IMG/VR virus record: IMGVR_UViG_3300042308_001786
Direction: 5' to 3' (one strand)
Source of the DNA: an uncultured virus (IMG/VR IMGVR_UViG_3300042308_001786)
Taxonomy: Duplodnaviria > Heunggongvirae > Uroviricota > Caudoviricetes
Length of the DNA stretch: 64,000 nucleotides
The notes beneath the pieces are model-generated. The model searched no databases, was not told where the DNA came from, and saw only the letters and a program-made list of their open reading frames with translations. Positions 35,108-43,289 of the stretch are shown piece by piece; position 1 is the stretch's first letter, and every line of letters starts with the position of its first letter. The translations under genes and the position numbers were made by a program.

Positions 35108-35454
35108 GGGGTGACGCTGAAAGCTTTGCCCCTCCTGCTGCTGTAAGAGCCGCTGCTCGCCGTGGCTTAGAACTACGAAAGAAACATGGCAAGGGAGGTT
35201 TAACGACGCAGGAAGCGGGCAGGCAGGGCATTGGAAGCGGCGTTGCTCGCGCGACAAGCTTGGCCAATGGCGAGAAGGTGAGCTATGAGACCATTAAACG
35301 CATGGCCGCATTTTTCTCAAGGCATGCCAAGAACAAAAGTGGCGGAGAGGATGATGCTGGTTATATCAGCCATAATTTATGGGGCGGCGATGCTGGTAGG
35401 GCGTGGGCAAATCGCATCATTAAGATGGTAGAGAATCGCAAAAAAGACCAATGA
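35095..35454 (+). CDS. -1 frameshift extension of the DUF6496-like protein (head-associated domain)
   Basis: PPAAVRAAARRGL...GVARA..LA.G...TIKRM..FFSRH...LWGGDAG.AWA domain with no convincing start of its own; in the -1 frame. Confidence 0.7.
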   Translation, partial: KKALRGDAESFAPPAAVRAAARRGLELRKKHGKGGLTTQEAGRQGIGSGVARATSLANGEKVSYETIKRMAAFFSRHAKNKSGGEDDAGYISHNLWGGDAGRAWANRIIKMVENRKKDQ

Positions 35455-35762
35455 GCGAATACGTGCGTGTTATCGAAGAAGAAGACGAAGGCATTGGTCT
35501 TTTAAAGGCTCTCTCTATTCTTTCCGCTAACGAGCATCGCAACACTTCACGATGGGAACTAGTGGAGAAGCAGTGCTTTAAAAATGGACGACTAGATGAA
35601 ACGCACATCTATGTAATGAGCGTTTACGAAAAGCCCGACCCTCATTTTGAACCGACAAAGTTTTTGACGTTTGAAATTGAGGCAATGGCGAAGTCCTACA
35701 TTATGGAAGACATTGAAAATCAACTTGCCAGCATTCGCGGCGAAGACGACGACGAGGATTGA
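35451..35762 (+). CDS. hypothetical protein
   Basis: ATGA overlap, 103 aa. Confidence 0.65.
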   Translation: MSEYVRVIEEEDEGIGLLKALSILSANEHRNTSRWELVEKQCFKNGRLDETHIYVMSVYEKPDPHFEPTKFLTFEIEAMAKSYIMEDIENQLASIRGEDDDED

Positions 35763-35799
35763 TTATTGAAGCTGTTGATAAACGGCATTTATTAAGAAA

Positions 35800-36075
35800 T
35801 CAATTAATTTTTGCAATGAAAGATGGGTAGCCCATCAGCCATAGCACGCTGACGTCGTAGAGACCGCTGAGTGTGACAATTTGCACGACAGACGGCTCTG
35901 TTTGCCCTTTTTCTATTCGGCAATAGGTGGATTGCCCTATGTGAAGCGCTTCTGCTGCATCCCGCTGAGATAGACCATTGTTTAGCCTGGCATCTTTAAT
36001 GCGCGATGCAATAAGCATGCGCCTTTGGTGGTGAGGCAGCTTCATGCCATTGACAGTGCTTGCTAAAAATCTCAT
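35800..36075 (-). CDS. XRE-family HTH regulator
   Basis: RIKDAR...LSQRDAAEALHIGQSTYCRIEKGQTEPS. Confidence 0.88.
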   Translation of the reverse strand: MRFLASTVNGMKLPHHQRRMLIASRIKDARLNNGLSQRDAAEALHIGQSTYCRIEKGQTEPSVVQIVTLSGLYDVSVLWLMGYPSFIAKIN

Positions 36076-36605
36076 GGCATCGCGTGCTTGCTAACTTTCC
36101 ATCCCTTGATCTGCTTAAGCCTGCCGTTAATCACATCGTAAACATGTGCTCTGTTTATGTCGTGCTCCCTGCAGAATTCCCGCAGGTTCAAGGTGACATG
36201 TATAGACCCGTTGGGTGAAATGAAGTGGTAAAAGTAACCCCGAGATCCAGTGCACAAAGATTTGATCCACTTTTGCTTTCTGTTTGCTTTTTGTTTAACA
36301 GTTAACCTTTCTGTCGTATTTCCTCTCCAAGCAAATTTGGACGTGGTTTGCTTGGCTTTATTTGCAAAATGTGGATTTATGTCCACTTCATAGTATTGAT
36401 GCAATTTCACTTCCGCCTCAAGGGCCTCTTGTTCTGTATTAAATACTTCAAGAATTATTTTGCACGTGGGCTTGAATGTTTTATCAGTGTAACTTCCGAA
36501 GTAGGAGATATCATTCTCTGGAAGTACGTTCGACGAGCGCTTGCCAATATAGCCCCGCCCCCATTGCTCATAGGAATAATAAACGTAGTGCCACCGTGCG
36601 CCCAT
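36072..36605 (-). CDS. GIY-YIG (Seg-like) homing endonuclease
   Basis: HYVYY..GRGYIGKR..YFGS, EALEAE..LH, NPHFAN. Confidence 0.85.
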   Translation of the reverse strand: MGARWHYVYYSYEQWGRGYIGKRSSNVLPENDISYFGSYTDKTFKPTCKIILEVFNTEQEALEAEVKLHQYYEVDINPHFANKAKQTTSKFAWRGNTTERLTVKQKANRKQKWIKSLCTGSRGYFYHFISPNGSIHVTLNLREFCREHDINRAHVYDVINGRLKQIKGWKVSKHAMP

Positions 36606-36664
36606 TGATCTACGTTTGAATCATCGCCCAAATGCTAACACATTCTTTGGCTTATTATGTAAAC

Positions 36665-37861
36665 ATGGACCTCCAAAACGGCTTCCGTTACGATGTTTCC
36701 ACCATCCAGAACTACGAGTTCACGGATGAGGGCTATTTGCGCGTAAAGGCGCGAATAGCTCGTACTGGCATTCAGTCGTATACAGATGCAAGTGGCGGTG
36801 TCCGCTTGGAGTATAGGCCCGAGGATGAAGTGGCTTCACAAGAAGCGCTTGATAGTTTTCGGGAAAAATGCGTCACAAGAGAACACCCTCCAGTGCTACT
36901 TGATGCCGCCAATACAAAAGACTATGCGGTTGGTTTTACCAGCGCAGATGTCTCTTACTCCGATGGCTTTGTTGAAAGCACTCTGACTGTGACCGATAAG
37001 GAAACCATTGATTCAATCATGCGCGGAGACGTGCGCGAGGTTTCATGTGGCTACAAGGTTGATTACAGTCCGGAGCCTGGCGTTACACCTGACGGCCAGC
37101 ATTATGATGGTGTTCAGCGTAACATTCGTGGCAACCACGTTGCTATTGTCAACAGGGCTAGAGGTGGGGCGCAAGTGCGTCTCATGCTTGATTCGGCGGA
37201 TGCCGCTGTCAACGATTTAATTACTTCCAAAAAGGAAAAAACTATGTCAGCAAACATCGTGTTTGATGGCGTTTCCTTCGAGGCGGACGCAGCCCTTGCG
37301 GCTGCTATTGCTGCTGAGCGTGAAGACGCAAAAGGCAGCTACGCCGAAATGAAGCGTCGCTACGAAGACGCCATGGCCGAAGCTTCCAAAATGAAGGAAG
37401 AAATGGACGCCATGGAAAAGGAAATGCAAGGCAAGTGCGATTCCGCCGAGGGTCGCGCCGATGCCCTGGCTGAGCAGGTGGAAGAGCTGAAAGGCGAACT
37501 TGCTGCTGCTCAAGAAATCAACCTTGATTCCATGGTTGAAGAGCGCGTGGCTCTCATTGAGAAAGCCAAGCCTGTCCTGGATTCTGCTTATGAATTTGCT
37601 GGCAAAACTGCCCGCGAAGTGATGGTTGATTCCATCAAAGCAGTACGTGGTGACGAGCTTGATCTTTCTGAGAAGAGCGATGACTACGTGCAGGCAATGT
37701 TCGACACTCTTTCTGAGGGTCGTTCTGACTCTGCCACCACCGATGAGCTGCGTAAAGCCGTAGCTTCCATTGCTTCTCCTGTTTCTGCACCCTCTGCCTA
37801 TATGGATATGCTGCAGAATGCATGGAAGAAGCCCCTTTCCATCTCCAAGGAGGCTAAGTAA
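36665..37861 (+). CDS. DUF2213 capsid maturation protease/scaffold
   Basis: IARTG.Q.Y, EVSCGY, QRNIRGNHVAIV..ARGG; coiled-coil C-terminus. Confidence 0.88.
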   Translation: MDLQNGFRYDVSTIQNYEFTDEGYLRVKARIARTGIQSYTDASGGVRLEYRPEDEVASQEALDSFREKCVTREHPPVLLDAANTKDYAVGFTSADVSYSDGFVESTLTVTDKETIDSIMRGDVREVSCGYKVDYSPEPGVTPDGQHYDGVQRNIRGNHVAIVNRARGGAQVRLMLDSADAAVNDLITSKKEKTMSANIVFDGVSFEADAALAAAIAAEREDAKGSYAEMKRRYEDAMAEASKMKEEMDAMEKEMQGKCDSAEGRADALAEQVEELKGELAAAQEINLDSMVEERVALIEKAKPVLDSAYEFAGKTAREVMVDSIKAVRGDELDLSEKSDDYVQAMFDTLSEGRSDSATTDELRKAVASIASPVSAPSAYMDMLQNAWKKPLSISKEAK

Positions 37862-37863
37862 TC

Positions 37864-38424
37864 ATGGCCGTAACTTTCTCTGCTTCGGGCACTGCCTCCG
37901 CTGGTGGCGTGCAACAGAGCTATGCTCTGGAGCACACTGCACTGCTGGAAGGTCAACTGTCTGACATTCGCGACAACACCATCGGCACCTACATCAACGA
38001 AACTGGCGCTGTGCTGCCTTTCGGTAATGTGGTTGTCTACAACACCGCTGGCACTGCTGCAAACTCTGCTGCTACCATCTCTGGCGCTTCTGACACCGTT
38101 CAGGGTATCAACGTTCTCACTTACGTTGATGAAACCGCTCTTGATTCCAACAACCGTCCTGGTGTGAAGAATCAGCAAGTGCTGAACGTGGCCAACGAAG
38201 GTGCAGTGGCTGTCTATGTGACTGGCGCCGTTTCGCCCACTTCGCCTGTGCGCGTGCTGTATTCCGCTAGCGGCACTGGCAAGGCTGGTCAATTCTCGCA
38301 TGCTTTTGCTTCTGGTAAAACCGTTCGCCTCGCTGGCGCACGTTTCCTGAGCACCACCACTTCCAGCGGCATTGCAATTCTGGAGCTGAATGGCCCCAGC
38401 TTTACTCTTTCCGCTGATTCTTGA
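37864..38424 (+). CDS. head decoration/cement protein
   Basis: Lies between protease and MCP; small, beta-rich. Confidence 0.7.
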   Translation: MAVTFSASGTASAGGVQQSYALEHTALLEGQLSDIRDNTIGTYINETGAVLPFGNVVVYNTAGTAANSAATISGASDTVQGINVLTYVDETALDSNNRPGVKNQQVLNVANEGAVAVYVTGAVSPTSPVRVLYSASGTGKAGQFSHAFASGKTVRLAGARFLSTTTSSGIAILELNGPSFTLSADS

Positions 38425-38439
38425 TAGGAGGCCCTAACA

Positions 38440-39348
38440 ATGTCTGAATTCCGTATGGATGACGCGGGTCTGTTCCTTGAGCGTCAGCTTGAGTACATCC
38501 GCCCCCAAGTGTTTGAAGTGCAGTATGCGGATATTAAGTATCCGACCATTCTGCCTGTCACTAGTGAAGCTGGCCCTGGCGCTCAGACCTTCACCTATCG
38601 CATCATGGACTCCACTGGCGAGTTCAAGCTGATTGCTGATGCTGCTGACGATCTGCCCCGCGCTGACATCAGCCAAGTTGAGAAGAGCATCAACATCCGC
38701 TCCTTCGGTGGTTCCTTCGGTTACACCGTGCAGGAACTGCGTGCCGCTCAGATGGCCAACATCGCTCTGGAGCAGCGTCGTGCTGCTGCCGTGCGTCGTG
38801 CCTATGAGGAGAAGGTGGAAGAAGTGGCTCTGTTCGGTGAAAGCACCGTTGGCCTGTCTGGTTTCTTCAACAACTCCACTGTGGACGTTGTTGCTGCTGA
38901 TAAGTGGTTCACCGATAGTGGTACCACTGCTCAGGAAATGCTTGAACTGTTGAACTATGGCGTGAGCGCCATTATCAACGCCTCCAAGATGAAGGAGCAG
39001 CCCGACACTATCCTCATGGCTTATGAGGACTACAACAAGGTGAGCACCACCCGCAACTCCGACAGCTCGGACGTGACTGTGCTGGAATACTTCCTGCGCA
39101 CCAATCCCTACATCCGTAACGTTGAGCCCATCAACCAACTGGATGCTGGTAATAGCGTGCTGAATACCAACCGCATGGTTGTGTACAAGCGTGATCCTGA
39201 GAAGGTGCAACTGCACATTCCTCAGCCCCTGGAACTCTTCCCGCCCCAACAGCGTGGTCTTGAGTTCATTGTTCCCGCTCATGCTCGCGTGGGTGGTGTG
39301 GCTCTGTACTATCCCAAGAGCGTTATCTACGTTCAAGCTTCGGCCTGA
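38440..39348 (+). CDS. major capsid protein (DUF2184 family)
   Basis: FLERQLEYI, DLPRAD, YTVQEL, R.GGV..YYP; strongly biased codon use. Confidence 0.9.
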   Translation: MSEFRMDDAGLFLERQLEYIRPQVFEVQYADIKYPTILPVTSEAGPGAQTFTYRIMDSTGEFKLIADAADDLPRADISQVEKSINIRSFGGSFGYTVQELRAAQMANIALEQRRAAAVRRAYEEKVEEVALFGESTVGLSGFFNNSTVDVVAADKWFTDSGTTAQEMLELLNYGVSAIINASKMKEQPDTILMAYEDYNKVSTTRNSDSSDVTVLEYFLRTNPYIRNVEPINQLDAGNSVLNTNRMVVYKRDPEKVQLHIPQPLELFPPQQRGLEFIVPAHARVGGVALYYPKSVIYVQASA

Positions 39349-39403
39349 GGATAGTTAGTCAAGCGAGGGACGTTAAGCTATGGACAATTGTTTCTTTTGA
39401 ACA

Positions 39404-39790
39404 ATGCTCATTGCTTATCGTCCCGAACTTGAAAACCCGCCCCGTGAAGGCGGGTTTGGCATTATTACGCAAACTGGCATGATTCAACTCACGCCTGGTC
39501 TTAATCAAGATATTCCAGAGCATCAATGGAAGGTGGCTCGTGAGAATAGGGCGGTTAAACGCCTTATGAACATTGGAGCCATCGAGGAAGTGCGTGAGCA
39601 AATCATGGTGGAAGATATTCCACAAGATGTGCAAACGCTTTCTCAAATGCCAATGGTGGAAGCCATCCGCATGATCGAACTCATTCATGATCCCGATCAG
39701 TTGAATGGATGGAAGAAGATTGAAGGCCGTGTAAGGGTGCGTAATGCCATTAATAAGCGCATTGAAAACATTCGCATTGGGAAAGCCTGA
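39404..39790 (+). CDS. hypothetical virion-associated protein
   Basis: Immediately after the MCP. Confidence 0.65.
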   Translation: MLIAYRPELENPPREGGFGIITQTGMIQLTPGLNQDIPEHQWKVARENRAVKRLMNIGAIEEVREQIMVEDIPQDVQTLSQMPMVEAIRMIELIHDPDQLNGWKKIEGRVRVRNAINKRIENIRIGKA

Positions 39791-39792
39791 TC

Positions 39793-40104
39793 ATGGCCGT
39801 CACTTATGCGAGTTTTCTTGAGCGGTTTCCTGAATTTACTCCCCATCCATCGGGGATTGTAAATGGTGCCATCTCTGAAGCCACTTACGATGCATCGCAA
39901 GATGTATTTGGGGAACAAACTGATAGGGCCGTGAAATTCCTCGCTGCTCATATTATTGCCATTCAGCTTGCGCAGATGGGCATTCAAATTGGTGCTACTG
40001 ACGGCAAGGTGTATGGCGAGGGGCTAGATGCCACTCAATACGGTCAAGAGTTCAAGCGCATGCTGAATCTTCTTCCTTCTTCTTCTGTTGGTTTCGTTGT
40101 ATGA
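39793..40104 (+). CDS. head-tail adaptor (DUF4054-like)
   Basis: FLERFPEF, LAAH, TQYGQEF. Confidence 0.85.
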   Translation: MAVTYASFLERFPEFTPHPSGIVNGAISEATYDASQDVFGEQTDRAVKFLAAHIIAIQLAQMGIQIGATDGKVYGEGLDATQYGQEFKRMLNLLPSSSVGFVV

Positions 40105-40490
40105 GCAATTTCCTGGAGCCACTTGCCAATTCCACGCTGGTATGGTCAGTGGCTTCGGGCTATGCGCTTGATAGCGAAACTGGAAATTATGTGGCTGTTG
40201 CAACGGGCATTACTTACTATGCATCGTTAAGACAAAAACGCAATCCTCAGTACGATTATTTGCTTGGTGCAGACCAGACTGCCGTCTATATGGAAGGTCG
40301 TCTTACTTCTCCGCTTACGCTATCTGGCGTGACACCTGGAGATTCTGCTCAAGCAATTATCAATGGGAGAGAAGGGCGCTTTGAGCTGTTGCCAAACGAG
40401 GAGATTGCTATTCATTATTGGCAGTTCCTCGGCACACCAATTAGGGGAATTTTTAGACTAATTGGCAAAGGAAGCGTTGATAATGCTTGA
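40101..40490 (+). CDS. putative head-closure protein
   Basis: Position after the adaptor; beta-rich. Confidence 0.55.
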   Translation: MSNFLEPLANSTLVWSVASGYALDSETGNYVAVATGITYYASLRQKRNPQYDYLLGADQTAVYMEGRLTSPLTLSGVTPGDSAQAIINGREGRFELLPNEEIAIHYWQFLGTPIRGIFRLIGKGSVDNA

Positions 40491-40544
40491 TTCGATCAGG
40501 CTTTCCTCCGCTTAATCATTCTTTCCATTGCTGAGGATCTTCTC

Positions 40545-41123
40545 ATGCTTTACCATCCTACGGAGCTGGTGAAGAGTCAAGACGTGATTGTGCGTGTTGG
40601 CTCGATCAACGGAACTTCACGTCCTGTGATCACCCAGAGCGGCGCTACCTTCACCGTGAGCGGCGCTCCCACCCTTTATACCCTGCAAGCCGCTACTACG
40701 GCTTCTGTTGCCTTTAACGATGGCAACCAAGAATTCTATCTGCTGGGCGGCGGCGGTTTCGCTGATAGCGTGATCGTTACCAGCCAAGCCACTGCTTCTG
40801 TCACTTCCTACTTCCAAAAGGACGTTGATGGCACTGTGTTCCTGCCCAATAGTTTTGATGAAGCGTTCCAGGTGATTACCGCCTCGCGCTATGACAAAAA
40901 CCACGAAGTGTACGTGGAAATTAACAAGCAGCTTGGCGCTTCTGGCACGACTTATTATTATGATCGCGTGGCCTTTACTGCTTGCGTGATGAACTACAAC
41001 GAGAGCTATCCTGCTGATAACCTCGTGGAATGCACCTTCGATTTGATTAGCCGTGGCCGCATTGGCATCCACCAGAATGCCTCTGAAACTGGTTCGATCA
41101 TTCCTTCTGCTCCTAATAGCTGA
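40545..41123 (+). CDS. major tail tube protein
   Basis: Size, position and PADNLVECTFDL..RG end; followed by a terminator at about 41147-41176. Confidence 0.7.
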   Translation: MLYHPTELVKSQDVIVRVGSINGTSRPVITQSGATFTVSGAPTLYTLQAATTASVAFNDGNQEFYLLGGGGFADSVIVTSQATASVTSYFQKDVDGTVFLPNSFDEAFQVITASRYDKNHEVYVEINKQLGASGTTYYYDRVAFTACVMNYNESYPADNLVECTFDLISRGRIGIHQNASETGSIIPSAPNS

Positions 41124-41177
41124 TTCATCTTTCCATAGATCTTTGCTAGCCTTCCCTTATGGGGAGGCTATTTTATT

Positions 41178-41588
41178 GTGAACATTGCGCAACTTCGGGA
41201 AACGGTCACTGAACTACTTTCTGCATCGCCTAATTTAATTGGCACTTATACGCTGCCTAATAATGCCACGCTTCCCGCCGTGTACGTTGTAGGGAGGCAG
41301 GGCGTTCCGAATGAGTGGAAAGTAAAAGGACTGGAAGTGACAATTGAAGAATTTGCCTCCATTTCTCCTAGGGCAATGGTTGGGAAAGTGCAAAACAATA
41401 AGCAATGGACTGTCGTACTAGTTGATTACACAACCAGTTCCAATGCCTTGCAAGCTGCGGCAACACGAATGGCAAGACGGTTCCCCGATGCCCAATTCTC
41501 ATTTCGCCCTGAATCAGACGTGATTTATGGACAATATCGCATTAGAATTCCAGACACGGAATTACTAAACATTTATCCTGCATCGTGA
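41178..41588 (+). CDS. putative tail terminator/completion protein
   Basis: Position and size. Confidence 0.5.
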   Translation: MNIAQLRETVTELLSASPNLIGTYTLPNNATLPAVYVVGRQGVPNEWKVKGLEVTIEEFASISPRAMVGKVQNNKQWTVVLVDYTTSSNALQAAATRMARRFPDAQFSFRPESDVIYGQYRIRIPDTELLNIYPAS

Positions 41589-41803
41589 AAGTTTTAAAAA
41601 GCAGTTGCGAGAAAATCTGGCTGTTTGATGCAGAAGTGGATGATATATCAATCAAGGCTGGCCTAGCCTGCTTTCTTTCTCAATGCCCAGCCTTTGCAGT
41701 TTTTATTTACAAGGATAAAAAAATTGAGGCTTGCTTGCCTTTAAAGGCAATTAATAGTGGAGTGCCGTTGCGAATTGCCAATGCTAGACTCTTTCTGCAA
41801 TAG
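41585..41803 (+). CDS. hypothetical protein
   Basis: GTGA overlap. Confidence 0.45.
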   Translation: MKVLKSSCEKIWLFDAEVDDISIKAGLACFLSQCPAFAVFIYKDKKIEACLPLKAINSGVPLRIANARLFLQ

Positions 41804-41811
41804 AGAAGATC

Positions 41812-42333
41812 ATGAGCAAGTATTCGAGCATTTTTCTGCTTAGCGACGCAGAGTACGAGAATATTGGCGATTGCCTAAGGCTCCGCAAGTTTGGCAGTTG
41901 GCTTGCGGAAGAAGCGTGGAAACGCGAAGAGCAGGGACAGAAACGAGCGCAGTTCACTTTGCGAGCCATTGCATTGGCAAAGAAAATTGCCATTGAAAAA
42001 GAAGTAGATCAAGACGAAGCGTTTGCAATGCTTCAAGGAAACAATGAGGGGGAAAGTATTTTGTCGGAGTATTCAGAAGAGGCTATGGCATTAATGAGTA
42101 GTATGCCCTCTGCACGGGAGCAATTTGGTGAGTTAATTACTATCTTTTTCCGCAATCGTGGTGAAATTCTTAGCGGCAAGAAATGGACGGCCACTGATGA
42201 TTGGACCATTGAAGACACGCAGAAACTTCCACAAGCATGGCTAGAGCAAGTGGAAGCTTTTATGGCTATTGAAGATGGGGGGCAAGAAAGTGATAAAGAA
42301 CAAGAGTCAGAGGAGGAAGGAAGAAAAAACTAA
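41812..42333 (+). CDS. tail assembly chaperone (G-like)
   Basis: Upstream of the tape measure gene; ends in slippery A AAA AAC. Confidence 0.75.
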   Translation: MSKYSSIFLLSDAEYENIGDCLRLRKFGSWLAEEAWKREEQGQKRAQFTLRAIALAKKIAIEKEVDQDEAFAMLQGNNEGESILSEYSEEAMALMSSMPSAREQFGELITIFFRNRGEILSGKKWTATDDWTIEDTQKLPQAWLEQVEAFMAIEDGGQESDKEQESEEEGRKN

Positions 42334-42740
42334 TAGAGCGGCTTGCAAAGCAAGCCGACGAAGCTATTGATAATGCCACTGATTGGACGGAAATATATTG
42401 CCAAATAGCTTCATTGCAACTAGCCGATCCATTATTTCAAGCAGGTAATTTCGCCCGTCTTCCCGTCAAGTTGATTGCGGATGTTCTTGAAAAAAGCTAT
42501 AAAACTTTGCAAGCAAGAACAAATGCGGCAAGTGTTAGCACTGCGAAGTTAGCAATGGTTGTGATGGGAGCACTAGGGGCAAAGGGCAGCAAGGTAAAGT
42601 TGGACCAATTTTTGCCTTACGAGCTTGATGATGGCATGTCTTCATTGAAGCCATCAACAAAAGAAGCGCTTGAGTGGGCCTTAAAAAATGAGAAGCTGCC
42701 AGCCGCAATTGTAGGCATGATTGGCGCTGAACTTAGTTGA
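42324..42740 (+). CDS. tail assembly chaperone frameshift extension (GT-like)
   Basis: -1 frame open from the slippery site (KLIERLAKQADE...) to 42740. Confidence 0.7.
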   Translation, partial: KKLIERLAKQADEAIDNATDWTEIYCQIASLQLADPLFQAGNFARLPVKLIADVLEKSYKTLQARTNAASVSTAKLAMVVMGALGAKGSKVKLDQFLPYELDDGMSSLKPSTKEALEWALKNEKLPAAIVGMIGAELS

Positions 42741-42776
42741 AAATGTTAGATTGGAGCTATTATGGCTTAATTAATA

Positions 42777-43289
42777 ATGGCCTATCAGCTTCGCTTTGAG
42801 AGTAATGCATTTCGAGCTGATAGCGCAATTGGCAGACTTCTTGATGGATTATCTGCATTGTCAAGAAACGCAAGGCGGTTCGCTGGTGCGCAAATAACTG
42901 AATATGAAGGAAACGAGCTTCGTCAACTAAGGGGCATTAACGGTCGCACTTTTGAAAGAGCAATGGATTGGGCTGATGCCGATTTTGACCAGCAAATGAC
43001 AAGCGAAAAATGGGACTGGCCAAATGAAACGCGAAGAAAGAATGGACAAGTAGTTAATAGCCCTAGGGACATTATTGATACTGGCGCATTGCTGCAAAGT
43101 AAACGAAGGGAGCAGATTGGTAATTCAGTTGTTGAATTTATTTGGGATGATGAAGTGGCAGAAGGCGTACATGACGGCATGGTTAGCAAATCCAATAAGC
43201 GGCTGCCAGCTCGCCCTTGGACCGAGCCCACTTTAGACGAAATTGAAGGGATTATTGAAAGTATGCTTCGTCAAGGAGGGCGCCGCTGA
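42777..43289 (+). CDS. neck/tail completion protein (HK97 gp10-like)
   Basis: PRDIIDTGALLQS, VHDG, PARPW. Confidence 0.7.
   Translation: MAYQLRFESNAFRADSAIGRLLDGLSALSRNARRFAGAQITEYEGNELRQLRGINGRTFERAMDWADADFDQQMTSEKWDWPNETRRKNGQVVNSPRDIIDTGALLQSKRREQIGNSVVEFIWDDEVAEGVHDGMVSKSNKRLPARPWTEPTLDEIEGIIESMLRQGGRR

Noticed and set aside
38434..39336. 300-aa antisense ORF over the major capsid gene
   Set aside because: Typical antisense shadow of a strongly codon-biased gene; no recognisable motifs
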